Of a stretch of DNA of 64,000 nt, positions 61,228 through 64,000 are shown piece by piece. Source of the DNA: Heteronotia binoei (Eukaryota); assembly GCF_032191835.1 (NCBI RefSeq), contig NC_083231.1, forward strand, positions 86,986,001 through 87,050,000. The letters run 5' to 3'. Every line of letters starts with the position of its first letter. The first letter of the stretch is position 1. A program made the position numbers and the translations under genes. The notes under the pieces are model-generated. The model was not told where the DNA came from. It saw nothing but the letters and a program-made list of their open reading frames with translations, and did no database searches.

Positions 61228-61335
61228 ATATCTATCTGACCAAGTGTGCTGTGACCCACAAAAGTAATGTTAAAATACATGTTAGTCTTTAAGATGCCAC
61301 TAGATTTTTGTTTTGTTTTGCTGTGATAGACTAAC
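61228..61335 (+). repeat. Decayed Penelope-type terminal repeat, second family
   Basis: CTGACCAAGTGTGCTGTGACCCACAAAAGT then TTAGTCTTTAAGATGCCACTAGA...AGACTAACTTGGCTACC. Confidence 0.45.
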
Positions 61336-62639
61336 TTGGCTACCAGTTTGCGGTCAATGACAAAGCTGCTCAAGGTCTGAAGAGTCACCTTGTTCAGGAG
61401 GGGGTTGCACTCCCCAGCTTTGTAACTGGTTTGTGTGTGTGCTGCTGGATCCTGGCCTTTGGCGGGAGACTCTGATCTTCTCTGTTGCACAGAGTGCTTT
61501 TTATCAGCCAGTGCTGCCTGACACACTAGCAAGGCTATTCCTTTAAAAGCATAATCTGATGTTGATCCATGCTCTGAATACATTATCCAGGTTAAATAAC
61601 TGTAATACACCTTACATGCGGTGACCCTTGAAAGCGTTAACAGGGAGTGTATCACCCGTGTGCAGAAAGATCTGCAGTGACTACCAGTTAGTTTCCAGGC
61701 ACAATTCAAAGTTCTAACTTTTGACATTCTAAATAGCTTTGGGCCAGGATTGTTTTCTCTTCTGAAGTCTTGTTCTCTGTGGAGCTCCATATTTGTTAGG
61801 GGAGGTGGGTAGCAAATAGCGTTAGAGCTTTTTCAGTGGTGGTACTTTGCCTATGAAATATTATCCCGTTATAGACTTACCTGGTTTGTACTTTATTATT
61901 GTTTAGATGTCAAGCTGGGACATTTCTCCTTTTCCAGGCTTTTAACATTTTAAAGCTGCTTTGATGCTCTGCCTCTAGCCTGAGGGCAGTATTGTGGTGC
62001 ATATTTTTGGTTGTTATGTTTGCTGTGGTTCCTCTTGTCCTTGGTTTCCCCTTGCCTCAAGCTCATCTCTAAAGAGGGGGCACATACATTTTATAAATAA
62101 AAAATAATAACATTATTTAAATAATTAAAATAATTTTAAAAACTCCTGCAGTGTTCATAGTAATTCAGGTGGACTTTTTTTTTCAAATCAGCCTTTCATC
62201 ATTCATCTCCACAGGATGTGAATCTCATCAAGACCAATTTATTGCTTATTCAGGTGTCCTCAAGCAGATTATATTCTTTCTTTTGAGAAAAGAACTCCAC
62301 CCTAAGTGTATGAAATGCCATACATTATTATGGATAAAGGTAATCAACTGTAACTATGAAAAAACAAGGTGAAAACATTTTAAAAAAATGTCACACACGC
62401 AATAGGAGCAAAATAATCAAGGCTCACAGAGACAAAAGCAGGAGAGAAGATAAGAAGTGAATCTTTTCAGGACAACATCCTGGGGCCAGCAGGAATTTAT
62501 ATGCATATCAGGCCACACCCCTAATACCAAGCCAGCCGGAACTGTGTTCCTGTGCCTTCCTGCAAAAAAACAAAACAAAAAAGTCCTGCCTGGGGCTACT
62601 CCACTGGTCAAGGATGGGCGTGGGGGAAAGGGTATAGCA

Positions 62640-62830
62640 TAGGGTTGCCAGTTCCAGGTTGGGAAACTCCTGGAGATTTGGGGATGGAGCCCGAGGACAG
62701 GGAGCACAGTGGAGTACTACGGCACAGAGTCCACCCTCCAAAGAATCCATTTTCTCCAGAGGAACTGATCTTTGTATTCTGGAGATGAGCCATAATTCTG
62801 GGAGATTCCCAGGTCTCACCTGGAGGCTGG
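62640..62830. mobile_element. Blackjack-like MITE
   Basis: TAGGGTTGCCAG start; internal CCTGGAGATTTGGGG...GGAACTGATCT shared with related copies. Confidence 0.55.
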
Positions 62831-63049
62831 AATCTCGAAGCTCCTCCCCCCAAAAGCCTGCTGCTCCAAACCAAAACCTCAAACAAAGAAGGTTTGCAGG
62901 ATTTTTCCTATAGTTGCTTTTAACGTCAGAAAATAATCCCGGTGTGTCAATTCCACCTCTTCTCATGCAGAATATAGTGAGTAGATCCTAGTTCAGGTGT
63001 GACTGCTTTTTTTCCCCCAGTGTAGGACATAACCAGTCCTAAAAACACA

Positions 63050-64000
63050 GCCATTACAATCCCCAAGAGAGAATTACGTACTCCGGAGACGTAACTGTTT
63101 TGTGTTTAAACAAGCATGTCTCACCTCCAGGAGCGCCGATCGATGACATCATCGCTCACGGTCTCAAAAAAACAGGGAAGCGGGGGAGCCCTTGGGTTGT
63201 GCTCTTGTGGCTGGAGCGCTCGCACAAAGGGAAGCAGGGTGTGGCTAGTTGCTCCTTTAGTTCTCGTTTGCAAGACTGTAATTCGTCTCTCTAGTTACCA
63301 ACAGCCGTTATTTAAAATGTACAGAAAAGTTTGCGGGGGTAGTGTCTCCATTTCCTTTATGCAATTGTGTCAGGAGTGGCCCATTCATTCAGTCTGGTTA
63401 TCTGTGTGGCTCTAGAGATACGCCACGGCAGGGGGTTGGCGGGTTATTCTTTTACAGTAAAGACTCGGCCAGAAATGCAAAAAAACCCCAAACAAACAAA
63501 AAACCACGAAATACTAACATACATTTATGGGAATGTGATACGCTCCCGTGAAGCTAGACCCGCTTTTGACCCGACATGGATAGTACAGGGGATGGGGATG
63601 GCGTAAGCAGCAGGCACATCCCAACTGCACTTCTTGTAGTTCTTAGCCAGCGTTGCGCAAAGCCCTGCCTAACGTCGGCAAGCAGCCACTCAGCAGACGT
63701 TGTTATGCTAGCGATAAGGCAAAACCCTATAGCAGAGATGGGTGGGAGTGTGAGCTGGAGGAGGCGGTGGTAAGAAGGGGCGGGCGAGGGCCAAAGCTGT
63801 CCGCCAGAGGAGGAGCACTGACTGCAGGAGCGGCGAGTAGACAGGCTGTTTTTTTCGCCAAGAACTCTCGGAGCCACAAAGCCTGCCATGGACGGCTCCA
63901 AGCGGCAGAACGCCTCAGGTAAACACGTGTGAAAAGAGCGATAGCCCGGAAACAGAAGCAGGAAGGTTCGGGTGGGCATGGCTGCTGCAAGGGATGGTGA
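63050..64000 (+). promoter_or_regulatory. CpG-rich promoter of the next gene (CASP6 by synteny)
   Basis: CpG enrichment; GC box GGGGCGGGCG near 63777; leads into a Kozak-perfect ATG. Confidence 0.6.
63888..63918 (+). CDS. CASP6: Probable caspase-6 coding exon 1 (gene continues past the window)
   Basis: GCCTGCCATGG Kozak; MDGSKRQNAS(G)|GTAAAC phase-1 donor as in human CASP6 exon 1; identity rests on synteny with PLA2G12A, since the peptide is too short to recognise. Confidence 0.6.

Noticed and set aside
61224-61790. 188-aa minus-strand ORF, the longest without an assignment
   Set aside because: No recognisable domain, its 3' third runs through a decayed repeat, and roughly one ORF this long is plausible by chance in six frames of 64 kb; would need homology or expression evidence.
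63108-63121. p53 half-site AAGCATGTCT upstream of CASP6
   Set aside because: Only one perfect half-site; the second overlaps it and is mismatched, so it is not a full response element.

Overview
Vertebrate genomic DNA from a squamate reptile, most likely a gecko (inferred from the SINE/LINE/MITE repertoire). The window holds the conserved RRH-GAR1-CFI-PLA2G12A-CASP6 block (human 4q25 order). Minus strand: RRH (peropsin) first coding exon at 339-444, and complete GAR1 (6 coding exons, 618 nt, 205 aa, plus a predicted non-coding exon 1 in a CpG island). Plus strand: complete complement factor I (13 exons, 1791 nt, 596 aa, intact His/Asp/Ser triad, RRKR/IVGG furin site), complete PLA2G12A (4 exons, 573 nt, 190 aa), and a probable CASP6 first coding exon near the right end. 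All exon joins were checked by hand for GT/AG and phase. The non-coding DNA is rich in mobile elements: a near-full-length decayed hAT transposase, several hAT MITE families with 8-bp TSDs, CR1, L2 and BovB/RTE fragments, three tRNA-derived SINE families, a 5S-derived SINE, and Penelope-type repeats carrying minimal hammerhead-ribozyme motifs. The best leads are: (i) a CR1 LINE tail that ends 6 nt before the CFI exon 6 acceptor and supplies its polypyrimidine tract; (ii) recurrent decayed type-I hammerhead motifs; (iii) three SINE/LINE pairs with shared 3' ends; (iv) a young OC1-like MITE. No wholly new multi-gene system is supported. Repeat family names are from recall and need a Dfam/Repbase search.
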